DNA of 64,000 nt, taken from an uncultured Actinomycetes bacterium (GTDB taxonomy: Bacteria > Actinomycetota > Acidimicrobiia > Spongiisociales > DATADW01). The stretch covers positions 305,318-369,317 of the forward strand of contig CAWACT010000010.1 of the NCBI GenBank assembly GCA_963780745.1, written 5' to 3'. Positions 26,463-36,583 of this stretch are shown piece after piece (position 1 is the first letter of the stretch; each line of letters starts with the position of its first letter). The position numbers and the translations under genes are program-made. The notes beneath the pieces are model-generated. The model was not told where the DNA came from. It saw nothing but the letters and a program-made list of their open reading frames with translations, and ran no database searches.

Positions 26463-29387
26463 GTGCGTTTGCATGACGATTCACCGGCCCGCCTCGGCAT
26501 CTGGGACGGACTCCTGCCGAGGTTGGCCGCCATCGGATGGGTCGACTCTGGTGGTTTGGTGATCGAGCCTGCTGCCGGGCTATTACGTCTCTTGCGAGGT
26601 GGGCCCGATCCCGAGGGGGCGCTGGAGCGGCTCACCGCCGTGGTCGAATCGGATCGCCGCTTGGCGGGACTTGCTCTTGCCGACGAGGAGATCGGATCAG
26701 CGCTGGTTGCGCTGTGCGGAGCCAGCCGTGCTCTGTCGGCGAACATCGCCGCCCACCCCAACTGGCTCGATGCCCTGTACGACGGCGATCCTCACCTTCG
26801 ACTTGAAGTTGAAGCTGAGGAGAGAGCCTCAGAGCTGCGAACCTTCGCCCGTCGCTCGTTGCTTCGCGTCGCGGTCGATGACCTCAGTGGGCGGCTCGAG
26901 ATGCCCGAGGTCGGCAGGAGATTGGCCGATGTGGCAGACACCGCGGCGAGGGCGGCCCTCGCCTGGTCGAAGGAAGAGGTGCTGTCATCGCCCCGTTTCG
27001 AGAGCCTGGCCGATGTCCCCATCGCTGTCGTCGCCATGGGCAAGTGGGGCGCCGCCGAGCTCAACTACTCCTCAGACATCGACTGCCTTTTTGTCTACGA
27101 CCTCGTCGCCGATTCCGACCGGGCCCGCCATGCGGCTCAGCGCATCTCCGCTGCGTTCAAGAACTTGCTCACCCGGCCCACACCCGATGGCATCGTCTTC
27201 CGCGTGGACGTCGACCTGCGGCCCGAAGGCAAGAACGGGCCGTTGGCCCGGAGCCTGGCCTCCTACACCGCCTACTACCAGAAATGGGGCGAGCCGTGGG
27301 AATCCCAGGCGCTGCTCAAAGCGCGGCCCGTGGCCGGCGACGCCGACCTTGGGGAGCGCTTCACCCAAATGGCAGCAGGAGTCGTGTGGCCCGACACCCT
27401 CGACCCGGCGGCGATCCGGTCGATCAGAGCGATGAAGGCTCGCAGCGAGGCGAGTGTGGAGCAACGGGGTCATACCGCCACCGAGATCAAACGGGGATTC
27501 GGTGGGATACGCGACGCCGAGTTCGCCGTGCAGCTACTCCAGCTGGTCCACGGTCGGTTTGATGCCTCGCTGCGACCTCGAGCAACCCTCGATTCTCTTG
27601 CCTCGTTGGCTGCCGGCGGCTACGTGCGGGAGGAGGACGCCGAGGCACTCGCCGCCTCGTACCGATGGCTGCGCACCCTGGAGCACCGACTCCAGCTGTG
27701 GGATATGCGGCAGACCCACGCCCTGCCCACTGCAGCTGCCGGAAGAGAGAGGGTGGCAAAGGCCATGGGGTACCGCGACATGACTGGGAGCCCGGCGATC
27801 GATCAGTTCGAGCATGACCTCCAAATCCACCGATCCAGCGTCCGAGGTATCCACGAGCGGCTCTTCTACCGGCCACTGCTCGACGCCCTCGCCGCCTCGC
27901 CGACTGTGCGGCTCACCTCCGATGAGATCGCCCGCCAGCTGGCGGCGCTCGGATTCGAGGACGTCGTGTCGGCGCGGCGTGCAGTCGACGAGTTGACCGG
28001 TGGGCTGTCTCGTCGCTCGCGGCTCATGCGGCAAACCCTCCCGCTCGTGCTCGACTGGCTCTCGTCCTCCCCCGACCCCGATCTGGGGCTCAACCAACTT
28101 CGAGTGCTGGTCACCTCCACCACGGACAACGCCCCGATCATCGGTTTGCTGCGCGACGACCCGGTCGCAGCGGAGAGGCTCTGCCGGTTGCTCGGTGACA
28201 GCTTGCTGGTCGGCCGGTACATCGACCGGCTCCCCGACCTGCTTCCGGAGCTAGGAGACGACCGTCGCCTCGGGTTGGCGCCCAACATCGATGAGCTCAA
28301 GACCGAGGTGACCGGCGCCTTGGCGCACCGACCGACCTGGGAGCAGCAGCTCGATGGTCTGCGTCGCGTTGTCCGTCGGCACGTCCTGAGGGTGGCGGCC
28401 AGGGATCTGCTCGGGTTGGCTGACGAGGATGAGGTCGGCAGCGAGCTGTCGGCCATCGCCGACGCTGCCACCGAAGCAGCGGTCTTGCTCTCGCGGGAGC
28501 GACTCCAACTCCGGTATCCGTCTTCGGTTCCGTTCGCAGTGATCGCGATGGGGCGTTGGGGCGGGGGAGAACTGGGGTATGCCTCCGATCTCGATCTTCT
28601 CTACGTGTACGACGTGCTCGAGGGTGATGATCCGGTGGAGGCAAGGGAGCAAGCGTTGAAGCTCGCCAACCTGCTCGGCAAGGCTCTCGGTGGCGTCCGC
28701 CCCGAGGGAATCGCATACCGGGTCGACGCCGGGCTCAGGCCCGAGGGAAGGGCCGGTCCCTTGGCCCGGACACTCGACTCCTACGTTGCCTACTGGGAGC
28801 GTTGGGCGGAGCCGTGGGAGCTCCAAGCCCTCATCAGAGCGCGGCCTGCTGCGGGCGACGAGGCATTGGCCGCCCGGTTCCTCGCTGCGGCTGCTCCCTG
28901 GGTCTGGCCCGAGCGCCTCTCGGCCGATCGGGTGCGTGCGATTCGGACGATGAAAGCGCGCGTCGAGCGAGAGCGCATCCCGCCCGGTGAGGACCCAGAT
29001 TTCCACCTCAAGCTCGGGCCGGGAGGCCTGGTCGACGTTGAGTTCACCACACAGCTCATCCAGCAGCGACACGGCGGGGCTATCCCTGCGCTGCGTAACC
29101 CGGGAACACTCGGTGCGTTGCTGGCGGTGGCCACAGCAGGACTGCTGCCCGCCCCCGAGGTGGTAGCGCTCGAAGAGGCCTACCGGTTTTGCACACGCGC
29201 CCGCAACCGGCTTTTCCTCCAGACGACTCAGAGCCGCGACTCGCTCCCAACCGATCCCAACGAGGCGATCCGACTCGGTCTGTCGCTCGGCCTGCTGGAT
29301 GCCCCACGCGCCAGCCTGCGCGAGGACTATCGCCGGCTCACCAGGCGGGCTCGACGAGTCGTCGAGCGGCGGTTCTACAGGGACTGA
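26463..29387 (+). CDS. glnE: Bifunctional glutamine synthetase adenylyltransferase/adenylyl-removing enzyme
   Basis: Two tandem nucleotidyltransferase modules (GKWGAAELNYSSDIDCLFVY... and GRWGGGELGYASDLDLLYVY...). Start placed at GTG 26463 because the track start 26322 overlaps the opposite-strand gene. Confidence 0.9.
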   Translation: MRLHDDSPARLGIWDGLLPRLAAIGWVDSGGLVIEPAAGLLRLLRGGPDPEGALERLTAVVESDRRLAGLALADEEIGSALVALCGASRALSANIAAHPNWLDALYDGDPHLRLEVEAEERASELRTFARRSLLRVAVDDLSGRLEMPEVGRRLADVADTAARAALAWSKEEVLSSPRFESLADVPIAVVAMGKWGAAELNYSSDIDCLFVYDLVADSDRARHAAQRISAAFKNLLTRPTPDGIVFRVDVDLRPEGKNGPLARSLASYTAYYQKWGEPWESQALLKARPVAGDADLGERFTQMAAGVVWPDTLDPAAIRSIRAMKARSEASVEQRGHTATEIKRGFGGIRDAEFAVQLLQLVHGRFDASLRPRATLDSLASLAAGGYVREEDAEALAASYRWLRTLEHRLQLWDMRQTHALPTAAAGRERVAKAMGYRDMTGSPAIDQFEHDLQIHRSSVRGIHERLFYRPLLDALAASPTVRLTSDEIARQLAALGFEDVVSARRAVDELTGGLSRRSRLMRQTLPLVLDWLSSSPDPDLGLNQLRVLVTSTTDNAPIIGLLRDDPVAAERLCRLLGDSLLVGRYIDRLPDLLPELGDDRRLGLAPNIDELKTEVTGALAHRPTWEQQLDGLRRVVRRHVLRVAARDLLGLADEDEVGSELSAIADAATEAAVLLSRERLQLRYPSSVPFAVIAMGRWGGGELGYASDLDLLYVYDVLEGDDPVEAREQALKLANLLGKALGGVRPEGIAYRVDAGLRPEGRAGPLARTLDSYVAYWERWAEPWELQALIRARPAAGDEALAARFLAAAAPWVWPERLSADRVRAIRTMKARVERERIPPGEDPDFHLKLGPGGLVDVEFTTQLIQQRHGGAIPALRNPGTLGALLAVATAGLLPAPEVVALEEAYRFCTRARNRLFLQTTQSRDSLPTDPNEAIRLGLSLGLLDAPRASLREDYRRLTRRARRVVERRFYRD

Positions 29388-29388
29388 A

Positions 29389-29423
29389 GGTTCTGGGTTC
29401 TGGGTTCTGGGTTCTGGGTTCTG
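29389..29423. repeat. Heptanucleotide tandem array, GGTTCTG x5 (perfect)
   Basis: Begins 2 nt after the glnE stop codon; five identical contiguous units. Confidence 0.95.
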
Positions 29424-29432
29424 AACTCATGA

Positions 29433-29467
29433 CCCATAACTCACTACCCATAACCCATAACCCATGA
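29433..29467. repeat. Heptanucleotide tandem array, CCCATAA x5 (three perfect units, two variants)
   Basis: cccataa ctcacta cccataa cccataa cccatga. Lies 9 nt after the GGTTCTG array and just upstream of the amidohydrolase gene. Confidence 0.9.
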
Positions 29468-29485
29468 TGAAGTCGGCGGGCATCG

Positions 29486-30712
29486 ATGCCGATACCATGG
29501 ACTCCCCCAGCGAGTCGTCGAGCAACCGTGCCCTCGAACATCACCGATCGTCTCAAAGCCCTTGCCTCCTCCGTCGCACCCGAGGCGGTTGCGCTGCGGC
29601 GCGAGATCCACCGTCATCCCGAACTGGGCAACCAGGAGTTCCACACGACTGATCTGGTCGCCGAGGCGCTTGGCTCTGCGGGCGTCGGGGTCCGTCGGCG
29701 GTCGGGCAGGACTGGTTTGGTCGCCGAGGTGGGCTCCCCCGGCCCAGTGGTGGCGTTTCGGGCCGATCTGGACGCTCTCCCCATCGAGGAGCGGACCGGC
29801 TTGGCCTTCTCCTCTCGCATCCCAGGTGTGATGCACGCCTGTGGACACGATGTCCACACCGCGATCGCCTTTGGGATCGCCAAGGTGATGTCGCAGGTGG
29901 AGGAGCTCCATGGCCGCGTTCGGTTCATCTTCCAGCCCGCCGAGGAGACGTTCCCCGGCGGTGCGGCCGAGCTCATCCGTGAGGGCGCCATGACCAGCGT
30001 GAGCGCCGTGCTCGGCTTCCATGTCGATCCGACTCTTCCGCCCGGTAAGGTGGCGCTGCTCGCCGGAGCGGTCACCAGCTCCTCGGACCGCGTCTCGGTG
30101 GTCATCGAGGGTCCGGGGGGCCATACCGCTCGGCCACACCAGACGGTCGATACCGTTTACGCCGCCTCCCGGGTGGCGACAGAGCTACCTGGGCTGCTGG
30201 CTCGTCTCACCGACCCCCGTTCGCCACAGTGCCTCGTCTTTGGACAGATCCACGGTGGCGAGGCAGACAACGTGATCCCGACCTCGGTCGAGCTCTCGGG
30301 GACATCGCGCACCCTGTCGCGGTCGCTCTGGGAAGAGATGCCTGCGCTGGTCGACCGGCTCGTGGCCGACCTGGTGGCGCCGACCGGCGCCAAGGCAAAG
30401 GTCGAGTTTCAACGCGGCATCCCGCCCGTCGTCAACGATGCGGCCATTACCGCCCTCGCAGAGATGGCGGTGGCCGAGACGCTGGGAGTGTCGGCCGTGG
30501 CGTCGACCGAGCCGAGCATGGGGGCAGAGGACTTCGCCCGCTACCTCGAGTTGGGTCCCGGCGCCTTGCTGAGGCTCGGCGCCGCCCCCACCGGCCGACG
30601 GGTGGACCTCCACAGCGCCACGTTCGACGTAGACGAGGGCGCCATCGAAATCGGCATCCTCGCCGGCAGCGCCATTTTGGCCAGGCTCCTCCGCTCCAAC
30701 ACAAAGACCTGA
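29486..30712 (+). CDS. M20D family amidohydrolase (N-acyl-amino-acid/hippurate hydrolase-like)
   Basis: ALRREIHRHPELGNQEF...MHACGHDVHTA...FQPAEE. Start uncertain (GTG near 29527 is the alternative). Confidence 0.85.
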   Translation: MPIPWTPPASRRATVPSNITDRLKALASSVAPEAVALRREIHRHPELGNQEFHTTDLVAEALGSAGVGVRRRSGRTGLVAEVGSPGPVVAFRADLDALPIEERTGLAFSSRIPGVMHACGHDVHTAIAFGIAKVMSQVEELHGRVRFIFQPAEETFPGGAAELIREGAMTSVSAVLGFHVDPTLPPGKVALLAGAVTSSSDRVSVVIEGPGGHTARPHQTVDTVYAASRVATELPGLLARLTDPRSPQCLVFGQIHGGEADNVIPTSVELSGTSRTLSRSLWEEMPALVDRLVADLVAPTGAKAKVEFQRGIPPVVNDAAITALAEMAVAETLGVSAVASTEPSMGAEDFARYLELGPGALLRLGAAPTGRRVDLHSATFDVDEGAIEIGILAGSAILARLLRSNTKT

Positions 30713-30748
30713 GCCGGGACACACCGACCTCGGTACGCTCGCCACGAC

Positions 30749-31407
30749 ATGACCAGGGCATCGATCGGTCTCACCGACGAGCTGCAGACATACATCCTCG
30801 AGCACTCCACGCCACTCGATGTGGTGGACCTCGGGTTGATCGAGGAGACATCGCGCCTCGGATCTGCCGCATCAATGCAGGTCGCACCCGAGCAGGCGCT
30901 GCTGATCAGGCTCCTGGTGGCGGCGACCGGGACGCGCCAGGCTCTCGAGATCGGGACCTTCACCGGTCTCTCCTCGCTGGCTATTGCCCGCGCCCTACCA
31001 CCCGATGGCCGGCTGCTCTGCTGTGACATCAACCGCGAGTGGACGGCCATCGCCAAGAGCGCCTGGGAGGCAGCGGGCGTTGCCGATCGCATCGAATTGA
31101 GGCTCGGCCCGGCCATCGACACCCTTCGTCAGCTCCCCGAGGAGCCGATCTTCGACTTTGCCTTCCTCGACGCCGACAAGGGGATGTACCCCGAGTACCG
31201 GGAGGAGATCATCATCCGGCTCAACCGCGGCGGCCTATTCCTCGCAGACAACGTGCTGTGGGGGGGCGACGTGGTTGCTGCCGCCGAAGACGACCCCGAC
31301 GTCACGCGGCGCTGCGGCGCTTCAACCAGGAAATGGCCGAGGACGATCGGTTGGTGACCGTGATGCTCCCGGTCGGGGACGGTCTGACCATCGCCCGTCG
31401 CGTCTGA
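30749..31407 (+). pseudogene. Class I SAM-dependent O-methyltransferase (caffeoyl-CoA OMT-like), one frame shift near the 3' end
   Basis: ALEIGTFTGLSSLAIARAL...FAFLDADK...GGLFLADNVLWGG in ORF 30749... The conserved tail ALRRFNQEMAEDDRLVTVMLPVGDGLTIARRV is in the ORF 31039..31407 frame. Shift about 31305. Confidence 0.85.
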
Positions 31408-31799
31408 TGCCACCTGACGTGCTTGGACTGGCGGGCGTGCTGCTCTGGACATCGGATGAGCGGCACCCGGCGATGCGCGCCTTTTACGCCGAGACGCTGA
31501 GGATGCGACCCCGGTCCGACCGGTCTGGGTTCGTCAACTTCGAGTTGGGTGAGGCACGACTCACCGTGGCGGTGCACGCGGAGGTGACCGGGCCGGCACG
31601 AGATCCGCTTCGGATCATGGTCAACCTGTCGGTGGATGGGCTGGACGAGATGCATCACCGGCTGATGGACGAGGGCGTTCCTTGTCTGCGGCCCCCGGAG
31701 CGGGAAAGCTGGGGCGGGCGAGTCGCCACCTACACCGATCCCGACGGGAACGTCGTCCAGCTCTTCGAGCTGCCGGACAGCTCCTCCGATGGGGGCTAG
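31407..31799 (+). CDS. VOC/glyoxalase-family protein
   Basis: ATG 31407 overlaps the preceding stop (TGATG). GLAGVLLWTSD...ESWGGRVATYTDPDGNVVQLFE. Confidence 0.7.
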   Translation: MPPDVLGLAGVLLWTSDERHPAMRAFYAETLRMRPRSDRSGFVNFELGEARLTVAVHAEVTGPARDPLRIMVNLSVDGLDEMHHRLMDEGVPCLRPPERESWGGRVATYTDPDGNVVQLFELPDSSSDGG

Positions 31800-32815
31800 T
31801 CCACCAGCGAGAAGCCTTCGTCGAACAGCGCCCTGCGCAGCGCACCAGCCTCACCGGGCCGCACCGAGACGGCCAGCACACCGCCGCCACCATGAGGCGC
31901 GTGCCTGAGTTGAAGGTCTCGCACATCAACCCGGCTCGCGGCCAACGCCCTACCAACCGCGGCGAGCTCGCCGGGCTCATCGCGCAGCAAGACCTCGACC
32001 AATACGACCGGCGGTGCCAAGCGGCGTCGCCCATCCCGGGCCCGCTCGAGACGTCGGAGCACCGCCTCGGGTTTTTCGGCGGAGAGATCCAGGGACCAGC
32101 CTCCCAGCGATGTGACCAGCTCACCGAGCGCTCTCTCCACTTCAGTGCGGTTCTCGAGCAGCACCTCGGACGACCAGCCCGGCTCCGACAGGGCAACCCT
32201 GGTCAGGTCGCGGAAGCTGCCCGAGGCGAGATCCATGGCCTCGGGTTCTCCTTCCAGCGATTCGATCAGCGCTGCAGCAAGTAGCTGTGGCAAATGGCTG
32301 ATCACCGCTACCGCCCTGTCGTGGCGCTCCGCCGACATCACCACCGGCCGGGCCCCCAGCGAGGAAACCAGATCCGAGAGCTCGGCTATGTCGGCGGGTT
32401 GGGCGCCGTCGTCGCACAGGACCCAGGCCGAGCCGCGGAAGAGACCTGCTGAGGCCGCCCCAGGCCCGGCGTGCTCCCTCCCCGCCATCGGGTGGCCGCC
32501 GATAAAACGGTCGAGGTGCGCTCCGGCAGCCACCACCGGCCGCTTCACCCCGGCGACGTCGGTGACCAGGGCGTCGGTGCGGAGCAGGGCCAGATGGTCG
32601 ACTATGGCGGCTGGCGGCCCCGCCAGGACGACGAGATCCGCCCTGTCGTAAGCCTGCTCGGCGGACGATGCCACCACCCTCACCGCACCCATCTCGAGAG
32701 CCTCCTCCAGGGCGGTGTGATCGGGATCCCAACCCACCACCTCCCACCCAAGATCGCTCAGACCAAGCGCGGTCGACGTCCCGATCAGCCCGGTGCCGAT
32801 GACCGCAGCCCGCAC
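31796..32815 (-). CDS. tyrA: Prephenate dehydrogenase with C-terminal ACT domain
   Basis: MRAAVIGTGLIGTSTALGL...VTDVAGVK...GGHPMAGRE...SHLPQLLAAAL. Confidence 0.88.
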   Translation of the reverse strand: MRAAVIGTGLIGTSTALGLSDLGWEVVGWDPDHTALEEALEMGAVRVVASSAEQAYDRADLVVLAGPPAAIVDHLALLRTDALVTDVAGVKRPVVAAGAHLDRFIGGHPMAGREHAGPGAASAGLFRGSAWVLCDDGAQPADIAELSDLVSSLGARPVVMSAERHDRAVAVISHLPQLLAAALIESLEGEPEAMDLASGSFRDLTRVALSEPGWSSEVLLENRTEVERALGELVTSLGGWSLDLSAEKPEAVLRRLERARDGRRRLAPPVVLVEVLLRDEPGELAAVGRALAASRVDVRDLQLRHAPHGGGGVLAVSVRPGEAGALRRALFDEGFSLVD

Positions 32816-32817
32816 CT

Positions 32818-33832
32818 TCAGAGCGTGATGCCGAGGGCGTCGGCCAGGGCACGCATCTGGTCCATGAGCTCGGCGAACTCAAAGGGAAGCAGCGCCTGGG
32901 CCCCATCGACCAGCGCCGACTCCGGTGCGGGATGGACGTCCACCATGAACCCGTCTGCCCCCACGGCGATGGCGGCGCGTGCCAACGGGGCTACCAATTC
33001 GCGCCGTCCGGCGGCATGTGATGGGTCGATCAGCACCGGGAGGTGGGAGAGCTGCTTGACGACCGGAACAGCGGTGATGTCGAGGGTATTTCGAGCGGCC
33101 GTCTCGAAGGTCCTGATGCCGCGCTCGACCAACACGATCTCGTGGTTGCCCGACTTGAAGATGTACTCGGCGGCATTGAGCCACTCCTCGACCGTGGCGG
33201 TCAGCCCCCGCTTGAGCTGGACCGGCTTCCCGGCCGCCCCGACCTCGGCGAGGAGGCTGAAGTTCGCCATGTTCCGGGTCCCGACTCGGATCATGTCGGC
33301 GTAGGAAGCCACAAGCTCGACGTGTCTGGGGTCCACCACCTCGGCCACGAAGGGGATGTCGAAGGCGTCGCGCGCCTCGGCGAGTAGCTCCAATCCCGCC
33401 TCGCCCATGCCCTGGAACGAGTAGGGCGATGTCCGCGGCTTGAAGGCGTCGCCACGGAGCACTGTGGCCCCCGCCTTCTTCACCGCCTCGGCGGTGCGCA
33501 GAACCTGATCCCTGCTCTCGACTGCACAGGGGCCGGCAATAGGTGCGAAGCTTCCCCCTCCGATGCGTGCCCCACCCACCGTCACCACGGTGTCGGTGTG
33601 CTGAAATTCCCGACTCACCAGCTTGAAAGGCCTGAGCACCGGGATCGCACGTTCAACCCCCGACATGGCCTCCCACGGCAGTTGCTGGATCCGATCACGA
33701 TCGCCAACCGCCCCGATGACTGTTCTCTCGCGGCCGTTGGAAACATGCGCTTCACACCCGATCCGGCTGGAGCCGGTCGCAGACGGCGGCGACATCCTCG
33801 GCGGTGGCCACCGGCGACATGACGATGATCAT
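32818..33832 (-). pseudogene. aroF: 3-deoxy-7-phosphoheptulonate (DAHP) synthase, type I-beta with N-terminal ferredoxin-like regulatory domain; one frame shift
   Basis: Canonical motifs AGPCAVES, RGDAFKPRTSPYSFQG, DPSHAAGRRE, VDVHPAPESALVDG. The N-terminal MIIVMSPVATAEDVAAVCDRLQ (ATG 33832) is in another frame from GCEAHVSNGRERTVIGAVGD. Shift about 33765-33772. Confidence 0.9.
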
Positions 33833-33967
33833 GGCCGGATTGTGCCAGGTCGGACCGCCGCGGACTCCGGCAACCCTGGGTTCGGCAGGTTGCAGAGGCG
33901 CGCTTGCAGCCCACACTTCGCACGGCCAACTGGGTACGTGTGCCGGCCCCTCCGTACACTCTCTGCA

Positions 33968-34932
33968 ATGCGGACCATCCTGGTCACCGGGGCGGCGACC
34001 TGGGTCGGCGGCCGATTGGTTCAGCGGCTCGAGGCCCGGTCCGGACACAACCGTGGTCCCAGTTGACGAGCTAGCTCCCCGGGTCCCCTTTGCCACGCCA
34101 CTGCTCAAGGCTTCGCTCGACACCCTCGAGTTCGCCCGCACCGTGATCGACATCCGACCCGACGTGGTGATCCATCTCCAGACCCTCGACCGAACCGCCG
34201 AACTGGGGAGGGTGCGGGCACGTGAAGGGAATGGTGCTGGGCGCCCAGGCGCTGTTCGGCGCCATCTCGAGGGTGCGGACGGTGCGGCAGGTCTTGGTCA
34301 AGTCGGACACCGCCATCTACGGAGCCGGGCCCCGCCATCCGTCGATCCTCAATGAGACGACGCGAGGTGGCAGAGCGGACCACCACCCGCTACGAGCGGA
34401 GCCTGCAGGAGGTGGAGCGGTTCGTCGCCGACGTCGCGGAGAAGATGCCCGATGTCGATTTCACCGTGCTCCGCTTCGTCGGGATCTTCGGCGAGGCCGT
34501 CGGGAACGGGATATCGCATTACCTCCGGCTGCCAGCGGTCCCCACGAACCTCGGATGGGACCCTCGTCTCCAGCTGATCCACGAGGACGAGGCGGTGCGG
34601 GCCGTCTGCACACGCTCGACCACCCGATCCCCGGCACGTTCAATGTCGCCGCCGACGGCCAGCTATACCTGTCGCGCATCCTCCGGTTGGGAAAGCGCCG
34701 GGTGCGGCCCGTACCTCGCCCGCAATTCGAGAGAGCGCTGCGGGTCCTCGGGGCCGGCGAGTTGGCCAAGCAGCGCCATCTGCTCTCCCTTCTCCAACAT
34801 GGAAGGGTGGTGGACACCACCAGAATGCGCGAGATTCTGGGATTCTCCTCGCTGCTCAACTGCAGGCAGACCGTGCTTGCCGGCTATGGCCGGCTCGACC
34901 GCGGCTCTGGCGGTGTGAATGGAGGACAGTGA
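33968..34932 (+). pseudogene. NAD-dependent epimerase/dehydratase family protein, four frame shifts
   Basis: MRTILVTGAATWVGGRLVQRLEA, then VVPVDELAPRVP...DVVIHLQTLD, then MVLGAQALFGAISRVRTVRQVLVKSDTAIYGAGP, then YERSLQEVERFVADVAEKMPDVDFTVLRFVGIFG, then HPIPGTFNVAADGQLYLSRILRL... These lie in alternating frames (shifts about 34040, 34220, 34365, 34600). Confidence 0.75.
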
Positions 34933-35018
34933 GCGACCCGATCGTCTTCGCCCTCGAGGCGCTTGAATGCCCCTGAGCTCGAGTTCGTGGCGGCGGCTCT
35001 TGGCGTGGTGACCGCCCG

Positions 35019-36121
35019 GTGCCTCGACCGCCGCATCTGGCCGGGGTTGGTCGCCGCCGAGCTGCGCCGACCGCGCCGGGCTCCCCAAGCCGAGAACGCT
35101 GGCCGTCACCGAGGCGCCGGATGCCGCCGACCCGCCGCTCGGCTCTGGCCGCCCGACTAGCCGAGACATGGTGGACGAAGGATCGCACCTGCCCGCATCG
35201 GACTTTGGAGGGCTTCACCTGCGGCCTGCCCGCGATCAAGGGCGAGGAGCAATGCTCGCTCCACGGCGGGGTCGACTCCTCGGACCTTGCCGTCCCTGCC
35301 CTCGGCAAGCTCGGGACGGATACCTGGCCGGCCCTGCTCAGACACCTGAGACTCGCCAGCTACGACATCGACGCTCTGGGGCTCGACCCGGTCCTGGCCG
35401 AACTCGCCTGGCACATCGGCAACGCCCTCTACTTCGAGTACTTCCATGTGCGCGTCGAGGGCATCGAGCACGTCCCGACGACGGGAGCTGCCGTGCTGGC
35501 GGCAAATCACGGCGGGGCGGCGATCCCATACGACGCCGCCATGCTCCAATTGGCCCTGCTCAACGAGCCAGCAATACCGCGGCGTGTCCGCGTCGTGGGG
35601 ACCGAGGTTTTCAACATGGTGCCCTTCGTGTCGCATCTCTACCGCAAGATCGGAGCGGCATACGCCTCACGGCAGGACGCCCGCTGGGTGCTCGGCAATG
35701 GCCAGCTTCTCGGGGTGTTCCCCGAAGGGGTGCGAGGCTTTCAGAAGCCGGTATCCGAGTCCTACCGGCTGCGCCGGTTCGGCCGGGGTGGGTTCGCATC
35801 GCTCGCCGCCGAAGCAGGGGCGCCGGTGGTCCCGGTGGCGATCCTCGGTTCCGAGGAAACGCACCCAGCCCTGTTCACGTCACGCACCCTGGCAAAGGCG
35901 GTGAGGACCGTCTTCCCCGACCAACGAGTGGACGAGATGGCGGTGTGGGTCAACCCGATACCGCTCCCCGTGCGGTGGGTGATCCGATTCCTACCTCCGG
36001 TGCCCACCGCCCCCGGACCGCTCGACGGGCTCGGCGGCCCTGGAGCTGGCCGAACGAGTGCGGACCCAGATCCAGGCGTGCGCTCGATGAGATGATCACG
36101 CTGCGGGGCCGCGCCTACTGA
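35019..36121 (+). pseudogene. Lysophospholipid (1-acyl-glycerol-3-phosphate-type) acyltransferase family protein; frame shifts at the 3' end, N-terminus unresolved
   Basis: VRVEGIEHVPTTGAAVLAANHGGAAIPYD...GVFPEGVRGFQK...PVVPVAILGSEE. The tail AALELAERVRTQIQAC then DEMITLRGRAY needs shifts about 36025 and 36080. The Cys/His-rich N-terminal segment CPHRTLEGFTCG...CSLHGG and the region 34929-35160 switch frames too. Confidence 0.7.
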
Positions 36122-36151
36122 ACCCAGGGTGTGCGCCCCGACAGCCCGTTC

Positions 36152-36165
36152 GTGAATTCATTCAC
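36152..36165. promoter_or_regulatory. Inverted repeat GTGAAT-TC-ATTCAC in an AT-rich region upstream of the XRE regulator gene (candidate operator)
   Basis: Perfect 6 bp arms. 36150-36211 is markedly AT-richer than the surroundings and contains TTGCAT and TATTAC hexamers. Confidence 0.3.
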
Positions 36166-36211
36166 AAAGACGCTTGCATTTGCTAGCACCAGCTATTACG
36201 TTTGCTACCAC

Positions 36212-36583
36212 ATGACCGACGTAAGGACCGAGTCCGAATCGGGGGTCGGGTCGTTCATCCGTCAGCAGCGGGAACGGGCCAACGTCTCGATTCGCAGGCT
36301 GGCGAAGCAGGCTGGTATCTCCAACCCCTACCTCAGCCAGATCGAGCGAGGGCTTCGCAAGCCCTCGGCCGAGATCCTGAAGTCGATCGCCCGAGCGCTG
36401 TCGATCCAGGCAGAGTCGCTCTACTCACAAGCCGGGCTCATCGAGCAGGGACCCCAGCCTCCGACCGTGATCGAATCGGTCGAGGCCGACCCCCAGCTCT
36501 CAGTGCGACACAAGCAACTACTCCTCGATCTGTACCGGACGCTGGTCGGGGAACAGGACGAAGTCCGGAAGGAGAACCCATGA
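36212..36583 (+). CDS. XRE-family helix-turn-helix transcriptional regulator
   Basis: FIRQQRERANVSIRRLAKQAGISNPYLSQIERGLRKPSAEILKSIARAL. ATG 36212 preferred over the track start GTG 36131. Confidence 0.85.
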   Translation: MTDVRTESESGVGSFIRQQRERANVSIRRLAKQAGISNPYLSQIERGLRKPSAEILKSIARALSIQAESLYSQAGLIEQGPQPPTVIESVEADPQLSVRHKQLLLDLYRTLVGEQDEVRKENP

